DNA of 64,000 bases from Eledone cirrhosa (Eukaryota), in the NCBI GenBank assembly GCA_964016885.1, contig OZ024743.1:194060001-194124000 (forward strand). Direction: 5' to 3'. A model generated the notes under the pieces. That model searched no databases, had not been told where the DNA came from, and saw nothing but the letters and a program-made list of their open reading frames with translations. A program made the translations under genes and the position numbers. Shown in pieces: positions 13,682 to 27,361 of the stretch. Positions within the stretch are counted from its first letter, which is position 1; each line of letters opens with the position of its first letter.

Positions 13682-15642
13682 GTTGAAATGTAGTGGAAAA
13701 GATGGGAAAGACCACTTACCTTACTCCTCGTAGAGGAATGATGGTTTTTCCATTCTTTTCACTGCTTGTGGACTTCTCCGGAAGGATGTTCTTATAAATC
13801 CTCCTGGAGAGTGCTTGTCGGAAGTCTCCGATGTCTTTGGGGAATTTTTGTTTTAGTGTCGTGTACCTTTTCTGCGTGATTCGAGTGATTTGTATGTGTG
13901 GAGGTGGTGTGAACTTTTGGGTTGTTGTGTAGTCTTTTTCTGTGATGCTGGTGTTGTGTTGGATGTAGTGTAGTAATTAGTTGTTGTTCAAATTTAATGC
14001 TGTGTAGTGTGTTTCGGTTCGGTTGTTTTGTTTTGTTTGCGTTTGTTGTGGGTTAGTTTCTGTTTCGCTTTTAGGTGACTTTTGTGGTGTTGGTGATGGT
14101 GGTGTTAGGGTTAATGATGGTGATGGTGTTGGTGTTTGTGGTGATGGGGTTGGTGATGCTGGTGTGGATGGTGGCATAGCTGTCCTAACTTTTTTGTTTG
14201 ATAGTTTATTTGTTTTCCTCTCTATTTTGTTTTGGAGGGGGGAAGGAAAAGGATTTTTTCTTTTTTGGTTTCTTTTTTTCTTTTTTCCTGATACCGTTTC
14301 CCACTCCTCGTCGTCACAATCTGTCTCCAGTTGCGATAGGTCGGGGAGTGGAAAATCCTCCACAGGCGTTGGTTTTGGTTGTGGCGTGGTGGATGGTGTA
14401 GGCGCTGGTGTTTGTTCTGGCGCGTTGGGTGGTGGTGGTGCTGGCTTTGCTACTGTTGCTGGGGTTGTTGCTGTTACAGTTGCTTCTCTTGTTGCTGCTA
14501 CAGTTGTTGCAGCCATTTGTGCTGCTGGTGGTATTGATGGTTGAGTCACTGGGGTGGGTAAGAGAGGTGGCCTCAACCTTTTAGCCTGAGGGCAGATAGC
14601 CCTTAGGTGGGTTCCTTCACCACAAACGACACACCTAGGCCTTCTGCCCTCGACGATTACGGTGAGGTGGCTGCCGTCAGTGTGGTCTATTACATCTGGG
14701 ATCTCCTCAATGCTTTTTTGGTCTGCTTGGATCAGGAGCTCCATCCCAGATCTGGACCAGTTCTCCTGCTTTTCTTTCGCTATTTCGATTATGTTGGTGT
14801 TGGCTTCGATGCCGGCGAGGACGGCAGCCATTAGCCAGGGAATTTCGATGGCCGGTGGAACGTGGGTCACCCTGATCTTCACGAGTCTCTGGCCACAATA
14901 GCTTGGGACGAGTGTGAAGTCGTCATTTCTTAATGGGGCCATGGAGTGTTCTCTGGCCTCCTGTGGTGTTTCAAAGAACACGTCCACGGTTCCATATTTC
15001 TGCCCACGTCTGATGTGATTTTTTTTTGCCCACACATGTCCCAAAGCTTTTTGGATTTGGGACTCGGATGCCCGTTCCACTCGGCGCGATTTTATGTTAA
15101 TCGTCCGATAAGACACGGTGCATAGGCGCCGATGCTCCATTTTATTAATTGGGTGTGTGTGTGGGGTGTGGGGGGGGGGGAGGCTGGCTGACCCTGTACC
15201 CATCTTTCTTTACCATTCTTATGGCATTCTAATTCCTCCTGAGTTACCTGGAATGCTTCGCACTTTTTTCTACTCTGGCAAAAGACAGGGTGGTTTTCTT
15301 AATTTCATTGTTGCTGTTGTCGTTATCGTTATTTTTGTTATTGTTAATTTTAGTTTCAGTTGTGGTGGTGGTGGTGTCAGTGGTGTTCGCTGTGGTAGAG
15401 TTCATTTTGGGTGAATTCATTTCGATATCACGAGATAATCTATTTTTTTCTTTTGTTTCTGTTGTCGCTGTGGTGGTGGTGGGGGTGGCGGCTTCAACAC
15501 CTGCAGTCATTGGTAATGGCGGGAAATGAATGTCTGCCTGAGACAAATTCAAAATATTGCTACTGCTTATATTTTTAGTGTTGGCAAACGCAGTAATATT
15601 TACTGTTAGTTCGTGAGGAAGATGTAACTCTGAGTCGTCCAT
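13678..15642 (-). pseudogene. Tx1 copy A ORF1 (gag-like, CX2CX4HX4C knuckle, Pro/Thr-rich tail), disrupted
   Basis: CVVCGEGTHLRAIC in ORF 13977-15203; homologous to ORF1 of copy B. Confidence 0.85.
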
Positions 15643-15845
15643 GATTTTTTCAAAGAAAAATGTTTTGTTTGATAACTATAAAAGTTTAAATTTTGGGCTC
15701 AAGACCCCAATCTTTTCAGATAATAATGTATGTGCACTTATATACAGTTAACAATAAAAATTGTCCATAAATGGCAATTTTAAACAACTGAAAATAGCAA
15801 ACCTTTGCGGAACTCACGATAATACGATTTACTACGTAGGTCGCC

Positions 15846-15883
<38 letters not shown>

Positions 15884-17199
15884 GGGAAGAAGACGCACAT
15901 GGTGGATAGAAGATCGTGAAATCGCTCCCGTAAGTTTTGATTTTTAACATATTTAAATCAATTGTGAAATAACAATTCTTAGTACAAATGATACATAAAG
16001 CATCCAGCTTAAGTCTCAGAAAAATTCGGATCCATAATATATTGTTATATCGCTCAAATATTCAATCTTGTATTATACATTTTATATTCAAAAAGAAAAT
16101 GGTTATAAATGGAAGAAAACCCCCTGTCTACACTATATAGAACAGCCAAATAACAGCAATTTTACCAACACCAGAAACTAGATACACCACCTACCCCATC
16201 ACCCCTCTGTGTACACTAAATATAACAGACAGATAACGGCAATTTCACCACCATCACCACCAATCTCAGCATAATAATAATAATTACTATTATTATTGTC
16301 TCAAGTTTTAACAAAATGTTTAATTCCAATATTAAGAAAATATGTCAACACATATACGCGACTAACCCCATAGATTCACCGATCAAACAAAAATACAGTC
16401 TATTCAACAAAACTCAGTAACGACAACGCCATCACTACAGCCACCGCCGCCGCCACCCATCCATCATTACTACCACTATCCCATCACCGCCGCCACCACT
16501 CCTTCATTGCTACCACCGCTATCCCCCCATTACCTTCTGTTAACTTACGAAAGGGGAAGGTGGCAGTGTCACTAGACAATATTAATAAGAAAGATTAATA
16601 TTTAATTTTGGATCAGGAATGTTAGAGTCGAAAAGGAGAAAAATGACAAAATGACTAAATAACTAAAGATAATTTCACCACCAACACCACCACCACTACC
16701 ACGATGAAAACTCTGGTCAAGTCGACTCAACCGCTATTTCTACTCCAACTTCAACACCATCACAACAGTACTACGATCACATCACCACCACCACTGCCTC
16801 ATTATCGTTACCGCCGCTATTCTCTCCCACTACCCCTGCTAGTTGCTGCTAGCACAGCACCACCACCACCACCACCACCACCACCACCACCACTCCCTCA
16901 TTATCACTACCGCCGCTATTCTCTCCCGCTACCCCCTGCTACATCGTAGTGCCCCCACTAAAAGAGGAAGGCATCAAAATATATAAATAGACTGAATTGA
17001 TGACCCGGTCAAAATCAAAAAAACAAAAATCAAAATCAAAGCAGCACAGCAACAACGAAAAACGTAAAGAAAAGAAAAGTAAAGAGAAAAACAAACAGAC
17101 GGACAGAGAAGGGAAGGGAAAAACTAAGTCAGACATTCAAACATTACATTACAATGAAACTTATGCTTATTCATTTTTGGTTTTTTTTTTTCCTGTTTG

Positions 17200-20148
17200 T
17201 TCGTTTGTTCGTCTACAGCGTGATAATGCCACACAAAAATCACGTGGAGTGACGAAATCACCGGAGGTGATGAAATCACCGGTGGTTATGTAACCATACA
17301 TTTGCCAATCCTCGATAAGAGTGTTTAAATGTCGAACCTAAACAGTTCGAATAACGGTGAAATGGAGACTAGAATGTCATGTGACAGACTCTCACCCAAC
17401 AGGTGCTCCCTGGCTCAGCAGCAGGGACCTGGCTGTCAACCAAATACTGCTGGTGTCGGAGGAAGAAGAAGAAGGAAAGGGACTAGAACCAACTGGACGA
17501 AAGAATTGAATAGAACTATTATGCAATGTTACCTGAAGAGTAACCCCAAGTAGAAAGGCTATAGGAAACGGATGCATAACATCTGGAACGAGATTGGTCT
17601 ATTTAAATTAGATGAACACAAATTGGCCGGGCAGGCTCGGGTAATAAGAACTAATGGGTGGATAAGCGAGCTGGAACTGGAGGAACTGAGCAGAGAGATT
17701 AGCTTGGAGATGGAGGGTGGAGTATGTCAAGCAAACGAGCCAGTGGGAAATGAAGGTGAAGAGGTCGAGAGAACGGAGGAACCACCCGAAGCAGACAATG
17801 ATCTGAATGCTGAGATAAATAATACCTGGAACAGAGATACGGCCACTGGGGAGATGAATGCTGACGGGCTAGGACAAGATTTGGTTGATATCCTAAACTT
17901 AGTGGTAGATGAATTGAACAATGATAGTGGGAGACCGATGAACCTAAGATTTGTAGACAGGAAAAAGTTAAAAGAAACAACAGCTAAGGTAAACAAAGTC
18001 ATCCCAGACCTTGAGGCGAGGAGCCTTCACCAGTGCAACAATATCCTCAAAGCAACAGCAAATACGGTGAGGAAACTACTTGGTATAAAAGCGAGAGGAA
18101 ACAACAGACAAGAAAGAGCAAAGCCTTGGTGGAAGAAACGACTGAGTGGTCAAATCAGGGAAATGAGAAATGACATTGGAAAGCTTGAGTCCATACTGAA
18201 TGGGACACTAAAAAACATAGAAACTAAAAATAGACTGGAAATAGAGTACAAAACTAGGAGGAAAAAGCTAAATATTATCATAGAGGAACTGAAGCAACGC
18301 ATTGTAGCAAAGAGTGCAAAAATCAGGCGATACGAGAACAGAGTCAGTCAGTATAGACAGAACCCCATGTTCGACAACAACCAGAAGATGCTGTTTGGAC
18401 AACTTGAAGGGAAAGAAAGAGGCAACGACTTGAGTCCTGAGGCGGAACAAACTAAAACATTCTGGAGAGGAATATGGGAGCAGGATGTTAAACATAATGA
18501 CCAGGCAGTGTGGATTGAGACAGTACAGAAGTAGATTAGTGAATAGGCACACCAACAAACTGATTTGAGTATCACAGTTGAACCTCTTAAGGGGCAGGCC
18601 AAAAAACTAACCAACTGGAAATCACCAGGCCCAGATGGTGTGCAGGGGTATTGGATTAAAAATATAACATCCCTCCACCCGAAACTGTCAACCATGTTCA
18701 ATGACTACTTGATGTCAGGTGAGGTACCAGAGTGGTTGACAAAAGGTACCACAGTTCTGATAAAGAAAGACCAAATCAAGGGTAATGATGTTACCAACTA
18801 TAGATCTATCACATGTCTGTCCGTAATGTGGAAACTGTTGACAAGCATTATGTCTGAGGAAATCTACCATCACCTCCACACGAACAACTTGTTACCGGAC
18901 GAACAGAAAGGATGCCGAAAGAAGTCACGTGGTACAAAGGACCAGTTACTTATTGATAAGATGGTAATGAGGAATTGCAAGAGGAGGCACACTGGTCTTG
19001 CCATGGGATGGATAGACTACAAAAAGGCATTTGACATGGTGCCTCATTCTTGGATCACCAAAAGCCTGGAGATCTTCAAGGTGGCAGATAACATCAGACA
19101 GTTGTTGGGCAAAAGTATGAAGTCCTGGGAAACAGAGTTAACATCAACTGGAGAATCCTTGGGAAGCGTGAAGATCAAGAGGGGTATATTCCAGGGAGAT
19201 AGTCTGTCCCCTCTGTTGTTTGTCCTTGCCCTGATGCCACTGACCAGTGTACTGCGAAAAGTGAGAGCAGGATACAGGTTGGGAAAGGGAGGGCTTACCA
19301 TCAATCACCTCCTCTTCATGGACGATCTTAAGCTCTTCGGGAAGAGTGAGAAGGAGTTGGATGTGCTTGTTGACACTGTCCGTATTTTCAGCAATGATAT
19401 ATGTATGCAATTTGGTATTAGTAAGTGGGGAGTCATTGTGATGAAGAAGGGTAAGTTGAGCAGAAGTAACGGAATCCAGGTACCAACAGGTGAGATGATA
19501 AAGGAAATTGACACTGAAGAAGGATACAAGTATTTGGGTGTTCTGGAGGCTGATGACATCAAGAACAAAAAAATGAAGGAATTGATAAGAACTGAATACA
19601 TTCGGAGAGTAAGGAGCGTATTAAATTCACATCTCAACAGTAGGAATGCCATAAGTGCAGTAAATTCCCGAGCTGTGTCTATTATTAGGTACAGTGCGGG
19701 AATTCTGAGATGGAATGTTGCTGAACAAAAAGAAATGGATAGGAAGACTAGGAAGCTATTGACTATCTACAACATGTTCCACAAGAGGAGTGATGTCGAT
19801 AGACTCTACTTAAGGAGATCTGAAGGTGGAAGAGGTCTTATCAGCATAGAGGACTGTGTTCAGATGGAGAAAAACAACCTACACAAATACGTGACCGATA
19901 GTAAGGAGCCAATGCTCAGAATTGTACTGAAGGAGAGGACAATAGACCAGGGGATGTCCTAGGAGGAAATAACAACGAGGAGAAAGAGCAGCCTTCAGGA
20001 AAAATCCCTTCATAGTACCTTTTTTGAGAAAACTGAATTTAGAGATCCACAGATATGGAACTGGTTGAAAAGAGGAGACCTTAAAAAGGCTACAGAAGGA
20101 ATGTTAATGGCTGCGCAGGAGCAGGCCCTCAAAACGAAGTGGTTGAAA
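17200..20148 (+). mobile_element. R4/Dong-clade RLE non-LTR retrotransposon copy 1 (5' part, in-frame stops, 3' truncated)
   Basis: N-terminal WTKE..MQCY..S.P..KGYRKRMHNIW domain; RT motifs WKSPGPDG, QKGCR, GTKDQL, DYKKAFD, QGDSLSP, LFMDD; 5' boundary approximate. Confidence 0.9.
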
Positions 20149-23100
20149 GCTGGGGAAAGCCGTGTCTAGCAAACGGAGACCACACCTGATCACCGTCGAG
20201 GGAGAGGTGGAGATGTCGTAGCCTGAGCGCGTGTCTCCGCATCATCAGCCACGACATTCCCAGCCCTCCACGTAGCGGGTGTTGACAGCAGATGGACTGC
20301 CTGACCATCGGAGCGCGTCCCTTCCACAAAAAGCGAAAGAGCAAACGCTCTAGCGCAGTCATGCGGGGCTTAGGACAAGGTACGACGGTCAGGCGGTAGT
20401 AGATGACGGACGCGATATACGCGTTAGCCATCTCCGCTCGACCTTTCATGGATAGATTCCTCTCGGCCCATTTCTGGGTGAGAGAAGCCACCCTACTCGT
20501 CACCTTTTCGCAGTTTTTGTCCGTCCGGATATCCGGACCGAACCAGCCCCGAGCAATTTAACTGGTCCGTCCGTCCAGCGCCCGACGACGTTGTTGGACG
20601 GCATGGACCTGCCTCTCCAGGAGCCGAGCTGCAGGCCCACTGATTTTTCCTGGTTGATCATTGCTCCTGTCACCGCTTTGTATTCTCTTAGTGTAGTGCC
20701 GATCGCCTCGATGTGTTTGGCGTTCGACACCACTACGGTGACATCGTCCGCATATGCTGACACGGATCTTCCGCATCCTAGTTCGCGCGGGACCCCCCTC
20801 AACGTCTCCAGTTTATGCAGTAATGGCTCGAGAGTCAATACGTACAAGAGGGACGAGAGGGGACATCCTTGGCGGACCGAGCGCATGATGTTGAACGGTT
20901 CCGAAAGGATGGCCGTTCACTCTCACAACAGAGCAGATGTCGCTGTGCATGGCAGCGATCCAGCCTCTGAAGACGGGCCCAAAGCCAGCCGCCCTCAGGA
21001 CTGCCGCTAGGTAACTATGGTCGACCCTATAGAAAGCTTTCGACTGATCTAAATTGATCAAGGACCCACCCGTGCCAGGTTCCCTAGCTACCCTCTCTAC
21101 GATGTATCGCATGAGGTGGAGGTTGTCATGGATGGATCTGTCGGGAATGGCGCATGTCTTCGCCTCTCCCACCAGACCACCAACGACAAGCGCCAACCTC
21201 TTTGCTAGCACCTTGGCCAAAATCTTGAACTCTTTGTTTAGCAGAGTTATGAGCCTGAAATTATCTATGTTATCCCCTTTGTTCGAATCCTTTCTCAGCA
21301 ACGCCAACGCTCCTCGGCTCACAGAGCTGGGAATTCTCCCGTTCTGTTGCCAGTTGCAGTAGACGTCCGCCAAGAGGCCTCCGAACAAGTCTGGCATCTG
21401 TACGTAAAGTTCATAGGGCAGACCATCCAAACCAGGCGATTTACCTCTTGTGCATCCATTCATTGCCTCCCGTACCTCAGCGGCTGTTATCGGCTTTTCG
21501 CAACATTCCGCCTCAGTGGCCGAGAGCCGCGGCAGTCCCTCGAGGTAGACACTAAAGTCCATCCCTCGATCCGGCTCGCCACTGCCTCTGCACAGTTGAG
21601 CGAAGTGTCGCTGAAAAGCTTCACACATTTGCCCGGGATCGAGTAGCATGCGCACGTCGTGGTCCACCAAAGACCGGATCGTGGCTTGTTGCCACGACGC
21701 GCCTCCGCCACTCGGGCCCATTGAACGGCTTTCGTGCCCTCGTGTCTGAGAACACGCACCCTAGCTCTGACAACGCAGCCTTCGTGCTTTGCATTGAAGA
21801 ATTGGTCAAGGGCCAATTTCGCCGCAAGTACGTCGGTCGCGATGCCTTTGCCCAAGCGCCTCGTCTATTTCCCTCTGCTCTATTTTTCTCTATTGCTAAA
21901 GCCTTACTAAACCTAATGGACTCTATTCTAATTGCTCTTTTCAGAGCAAACCACCACTTGTTGTTGACGATGGCCCCCGTCATACGCCCGCTTAACTAGT
22001 TCGCTAATCCAGTCTCTGTAGTCCTTGCGCGCTGCTAAGGACGCGTTTAGCTTCCAGTAGCCGGGTCCTCGTCTATGAAGCCCATCTAAGTCAAGTACAT
22101 AGATCACGAATTAGTGGTCCGTGTAGCTGACTATCTTGAATTGTGGACAGCCTATGCTAGACCTATCTATTTCTCTACAAAATATTCTATCTAGATATGA
22201 TCTGGATGACCCGATACGATTTGTCCAAGTCCACATTGGCACACTCGGGAAATGCAATCGGTACCTGTCAGACAGTTCAAAACGCCTGAGCAAGTTGGTG
22301 AGGCTCTTGCACCCTCCTCCCCATACGCTAATCCCACACAGTCCCAGCGTGCATCTAAGATCCCGTTCCAGTCGCCCACTAACACTAAAGAGCGGGACGT
22401 TCCAAGAAAGATCTCCAGACGCCGGAAGAAATCAAGCCGCCCTGCTCCTGTCGGGGCATAGACGGCCACTAGCCTGAAAGCTTTCCGTCTCCGCTGGTCA
22501 CGTCTAGCACCACCAACTTACCCTCTGGGTCCAGGTAGATGGCCCGTATGGCGAGATCCAAACCTCTCCGAAAAAGCACAGCAACTCCCCCCCCCCCCGA
22601 TACCGGACGGCTGGGAGATGCGTACACATCGTAGCCGCTGAAGATCGGTGCGAAGGCCCGTGCTTCGGAGATTCTGGTCTCGCTGATGGCCACTACATCT
22701 ATGTTTAGTGACCTGAGGTCGTTGAGCAGGTGGCCCTGCTTCCATGACGACCCCAAGCCACGCGCATTTATGCTGCTTATTCTGAGCGAGGTCATGTTGA
22801 AATGGAGCGGAAAAGATGGGAAAGACCACTTATCTTACTTGATCGTCTGGTGAAGGGATCGTTGAAAACGCCCCTTCGGCTCGTCGTCGGCTCTTCTGTG
22901 AGTATAACCGAATATACCCTCCGGTTGAGTGTCCCTCCTAGGTCTCTAAAATCACCAACTGCTTTGAGGAATTTCGTTTTAATGTTTGTGTATTGTTTAT
23001 GTGCTATTTTTACCAATCTTATGTTCGTTAGTGTTTTGATTGGTGCTGGTATTATGTAGTCGTGCTGTGAAATGTCTTTGTGTTCAATTATATAAGTCAT

Positions 23101-25121
23101 TAATTTCTTGTTGTGTGTATTTATTGCTGTGCATTTGTTTTTCTGGGGGTGGGGTGGGGTTCTGCTATTTTCTTGTCGTTGTTGCTGGGTGTGTGTGTTT
23201 TGTTGTGCTTGCGATGTTGGTGCTTGTGGTGGTGGTGTTGAAGGTGTTGTTGTTGTTGGCGGTGGGGTTGCCGCCGGTGGTGATGGTGGTGCTAGTGTTG
23301 GTGTTGGTGGTGTTGCTGCTGTAAATCTTTTTGAAGTAGCCTTTACCCTTTTTTCGTTTCTTTCCTCCTTTTTCGAAGGCGACGATGCGCTGCTTCTGCG
23401 TTTGTGCCTTCTTGCGACCTTTTTCCACCCCTCTCCCACCTCACACTCCATGTCCGATTCTGTGAGGTCGGGGAGGGGTACCAGCTCCACTCTTTCACTT
23501 GTTGTTGTTGGTGATGTTTGCAATGGAGTCTCTGTTGCAGCTGCAGTTGGTATTGCTGTTGTTGTTGTTAATACTTCAACTGCTGCTGCTGTTCTTGATT
23601 TCCGTGGCGTGGGTATGAGTGCCAGGGACCTATCCTTCCTGGTTGCCGCCTATCCTGTTTCTGGTAGCAGTGGAGCCGGTTTCGGAAGGAGGGGGGTTTT
23701 CTCCTTTCTCAGGGTTTTCTCATTGCAGAAGGCCCTGAGGTGAGTCTTCGATCCACAGCGAAAGCATTTCGGGCGTTTGCCCTCAACACTTTTAGGCAGT
23801 TGAGTGCCGTTATCGAAGTCTTTCACATCCGGGATAGCTTCGATGCACTCCTGGTTGGTTTGGATTAACATCTCAATGGAGGTGCCGACCGAATCTTCTC
23901 GTGCTTTTTTCTGTACTTGCAGTACAGTTGTTTTGTCCTCGATTCCGACGAGGACAGACTCGGCCAGCCAAGCAGGGGGCATCCCGAGGGGGGGGGGGGG
24001 GTCACGTGGGTAAGTTTGACCCTCACAATTTTTCGTCCGCAGTAGGAGGGCACCAACACCATTTCCTCACTTCTTAGGGTCACTAAGGATTGAGCCTTTG
24101 CCTCCTGGGGTGTGGCAAAAAGCACGTCTACGGTGGCATATTTCTTGCCTCGGGTGATGTGCGTTTTACGCTGCCACACAGACCCTAAGGCTTTTTTGTA
24201 TTTGAGCCTCTGTGGCCCTTTCAACCCTACGGGAATTTGTGCTTACTGTACGGTACGTGAGCGTACAGTGCTGTTGGGTTTCGAAAGATTTTTCGGCTAC
24301 CTTACAGATTGCTCGGTGTCCGGTTTTCGTCACCATCTTCTTTGCTTCCTGTAATTCTTCATTTGTTATAAGGATGGTTTCCAGGTTCTTTGCGATACCT
24401 GCAAACGAGATTGGTTTTTCTTTGTTGTTGTCGTTGTCGTCGTCAGAGCTGCTGTTACTTTTGTTGTTGCTGCTGATACTACGGCTGCCGCCGCCGCCGC
24501 TGTTGTTGTGGTTGTTGTTCTTGCTGCTGCTGTTGTTGTTGCTGTTGCTGCTAATGCTGTTGTTGTTTATGCTGCTGCTGATGCTGTTGCGGCTGCTACT
24601 GTTGTTTTCCTTGTCACTGTTGTTGCTACTGCTATTATTCATGACGTCAGACGAATGAAATTGGTTTTCGTATTTACCGCACACCTTTTTCGTCGTTGTC
24701 GTCGTCGTGGAGAAATGTTCCACGTTTTGCACATGATTTTGGAAACTATTTTTCTTTACTGGCGTCGCTTGCGAAAGAGAAGGCAGGGAGAGAGACACAT
24801 TTAAAGAAGGGAGGGAGAGAGACAATCTTCTCTCTGGTGTAGTGACGATTGAGGAAGAAGACGGAATGAGTGGGAGAGACTTGTGAAAATTCTTTTTTGT
24901 AGCCATGTTTTTTTTTGGTTTAAAATAAATATTGGGCACAAAACCCCAATAAGCGGTCATTTAACCCCGAAGAGCTAAATAACGGGAAGAAAGACCCCTC
25001 TCACGAGGAGGAGGGTATTTTTGTCTACAATTTGGTTAAAGTTTTAAACAATTTACAATTATTATAGCGGCTAAAATTTACAATACCTTACAGAGCCGAG
25101 CCTCCGTCAACCATGGCATTC
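20149..25121 (-). mobile_element. Tx1/L1-clade element copy B (3' truncated), 5' end abutting (AAT)n
   Basis: ORF2 fragments 20129-22795 closely match copy A; ORF1 fragments 22792-24960 with CFRCGSKTHLRAFC. Confidence 0.92.
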
Positions 25122-25157
<36 letters not shown>

Positions 25158-25159
<2 letters not shown>

Positions 25160-27117
25160 CCGAATCAAGAGTAATGATGTTACCAACTATAGACCTATCA
25201 CATGTCTGTCCGTAATGTGGAAACTGTTGACAAGCATTGTGTCTGAGGAAATCTACCATCACCTCAACACAAACAACTTGTTACTGCACGAACGGAAAGG
25301 ATGCCGAAAGAAGTCCCGTGGTACAAAGGACCAGTTACTTATTGATAAGATGGTAATGAGGAATTGCAAGAGGAGACACACTGGTCTTGCCATGGGATGG
25401 ATTGACTACAAAAAGGTATTTGACATGGTGCCTCATTCTTGGATCACCAAAAGCCTAGAGATCTTCAAGGTGGCAGATAACATCAAACAGTTGTTGAGCA
25501 TTATACTGCGAAAAGTGAAAGCAGGATACAAGTTGGGAAAGGGAGAGCTTACCATCAATTACCTCCTCTTCATGGACGATCTTAAGCTCTTCGGGAAGAG
25601 TGAAAAGGAGTTGGATGTGCTTGTTGACACTGTCCGTATTTTCAACAATGATATATGTATGCAATTTGGTATTAGTAAGTGTGGAGTCCTTGTGATGAAG
25701 AGGGGTAAATTGAGCAGAAGCAACGGAATCCAGGTACCAACAGGTGAGATGATAAAGGAAATTGACACTGAAGAAGGATACAAGTATTTGGGTATTCTGG
25801 AGGCTGATGACATCAAGAACAAAAAAATGAAGGAATTGATAAGATCTGAATACATTCGGAGAGTAAGGAGCGTATTAAAGTCACATCTGAACAGTAGGAA
25901 TGCCATAAGTGCAGTCAATTCCCGAGCTGTGTCTATTATTGGGTACAGTGCGGGAATTCTGAGATGGAATGTTGCTGAACAAAAAGAAATGGATAGGAAG
26001 ACTAGGAAGCTATTGACTATCTACAACATGTTCCAGAAGAGGAGTGATATCGATAGACTCTACTTAAGGAGATCTGAAGGTGGAAGAGGTCTTATCAGCA
26101 AAGAGGACAGTGTTCAGATGGAGAAAAACAACCTACACAAATACGTGACCGATAGCAAGGAGCCAATGCTCAGAATTGTACTGAAGGAGAGGACAATAGA
26201 CCAGGGGATGTCCTAGGAGGAAATAACAACGAGGAGAAAGAGCAACCTTCATGAAAAATCCTTTCATAGTACCTTCTTTGAGAAAACGGAATTCAGAGAT
26301 CCACAGACATGGAACTGGTTGAGAAGAGGAGACCTTAAAAAGGCTACAGAAGGAATGCTAATGGCTGCGCAAGAGCAGGCCCTCAAAACGAAGTGGCTGA
26401 AACACCATATTTACAAGGAGGAGGCTAGCCCACTGTGCAGGATCTGTGGAGAGAGAGAGGAGACTGTGGCTCACATTGTATACGAGTGTAAACACCTAGC
26501 CGAGACTCACTATAAAGGCTGGAGACATGATGTGATGGGCAGGGTGATCCACTGGCACCTATGAAAAGTAAACAATTTACCACATTCTGAGAAGTGGTAT
26601 GAGCATAAGCCAGAGTCGGTGATAGAAAACGATCGGGTGAAGGTGCTGTGGGATTTTAGGATACAGACGGACAAGAAACTGGAACACAATAGACCTGACC
26701 TGGTGGTTTTGGACAAGGAAAAAAAATCGTGCCTGATTGTGGATGTAGCCTGCCCATTCGACACGAGAGTGCAAGAGAAGGAGAGGGAGAAAATTAACCG
26801 ATACCATGACTTAAAGTGGGCGGTAAAGTGGATTTGGAACTGGCATGAAGTCAAAGTTTTCCCGATTGTCATAGGCGCACTAGGTACTATCTCAAAGAAT
26901 TTCCAAGGATGGTTAAAGAAAATTAGTCCCGCCCCGCTTTTTGGAACACTTCAAAATGCATGCTTGCTGGGAACAGCAAGAACCCTCCGATAGGTCCTGA
27001 ATATCTGAGGCTGTAGGTAGTGGCTTGATATTCATTTCAACAAACTTTCCAGTTAACTAACATCAATGACTGAGACTCAAAGAACATTAATAATAATAAT
27101 AATAATAATATAATAAT
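25158..27117 (+). mobile_element. R4/Dong-clade copy 2 (5' truncated, internal RT deletion, intact 3' end with (TAA)n tail)
   Basis: RT LFMDD; CRIC..ETVAHIVYEC knuckle, RHD, LWDF, HNRPDLVV..IVDVACP..KE.EKI.RY restriction-like endonuclease; (TAA)n on both sides. Confidence 0.93.
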
Positions 27118-27122
27118 GATAA

Positions 27123-27340
27123 GGGAAGGAGTTGGATGTACTTGTTAACACTGTCCCGTATTTTCAGCAATGATATATGTATGAAATTTGGTGTTAATAA
27201 GTGTGGAGTCCTAGTGATGAAGAGGGGTAAATTGAACAGAAGCAACGGAATCCAGGTACGAACAACTGAGATGATAAAGGAAATCGACACTGAAGAGTGA
27301 TACAAATATTTGGGTGTTCTGGAGGCAGTTGACATCAATA
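27123..27340 (+). mobile_element. Third, more diverged R4/Dong RT fragment
   Basis: Homologous to 19350-19565 and 25605-25820. Confidence 0.85.
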
Positions 27341-27361
27341 ACAGTAAAGAGTTAGCAACAT

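Larger units (their letters stand above)
10066..15845 (-). mobile_element. Near full-length Tx1/L1-clade non-LTR retrotransposon (copy A) flanked by (AAT)n on both sides
   Basis: ORF1 with CCHC knuckle, ORF2 with APE and RT; 3' end AATAAAGAAAGC-(ATT)n; (AAT)n at 10013-10065 and 15846-15880. Confidence 0.92.

Noticed and set aside
14023-24804. Antisense ORFs over Tx1 ORF1 (e.g. 14023-14544, 23108-23743)
   Set aside because: Expected shadows of Pro/Thr/Asn-rich low-complexity codons; no domain signal
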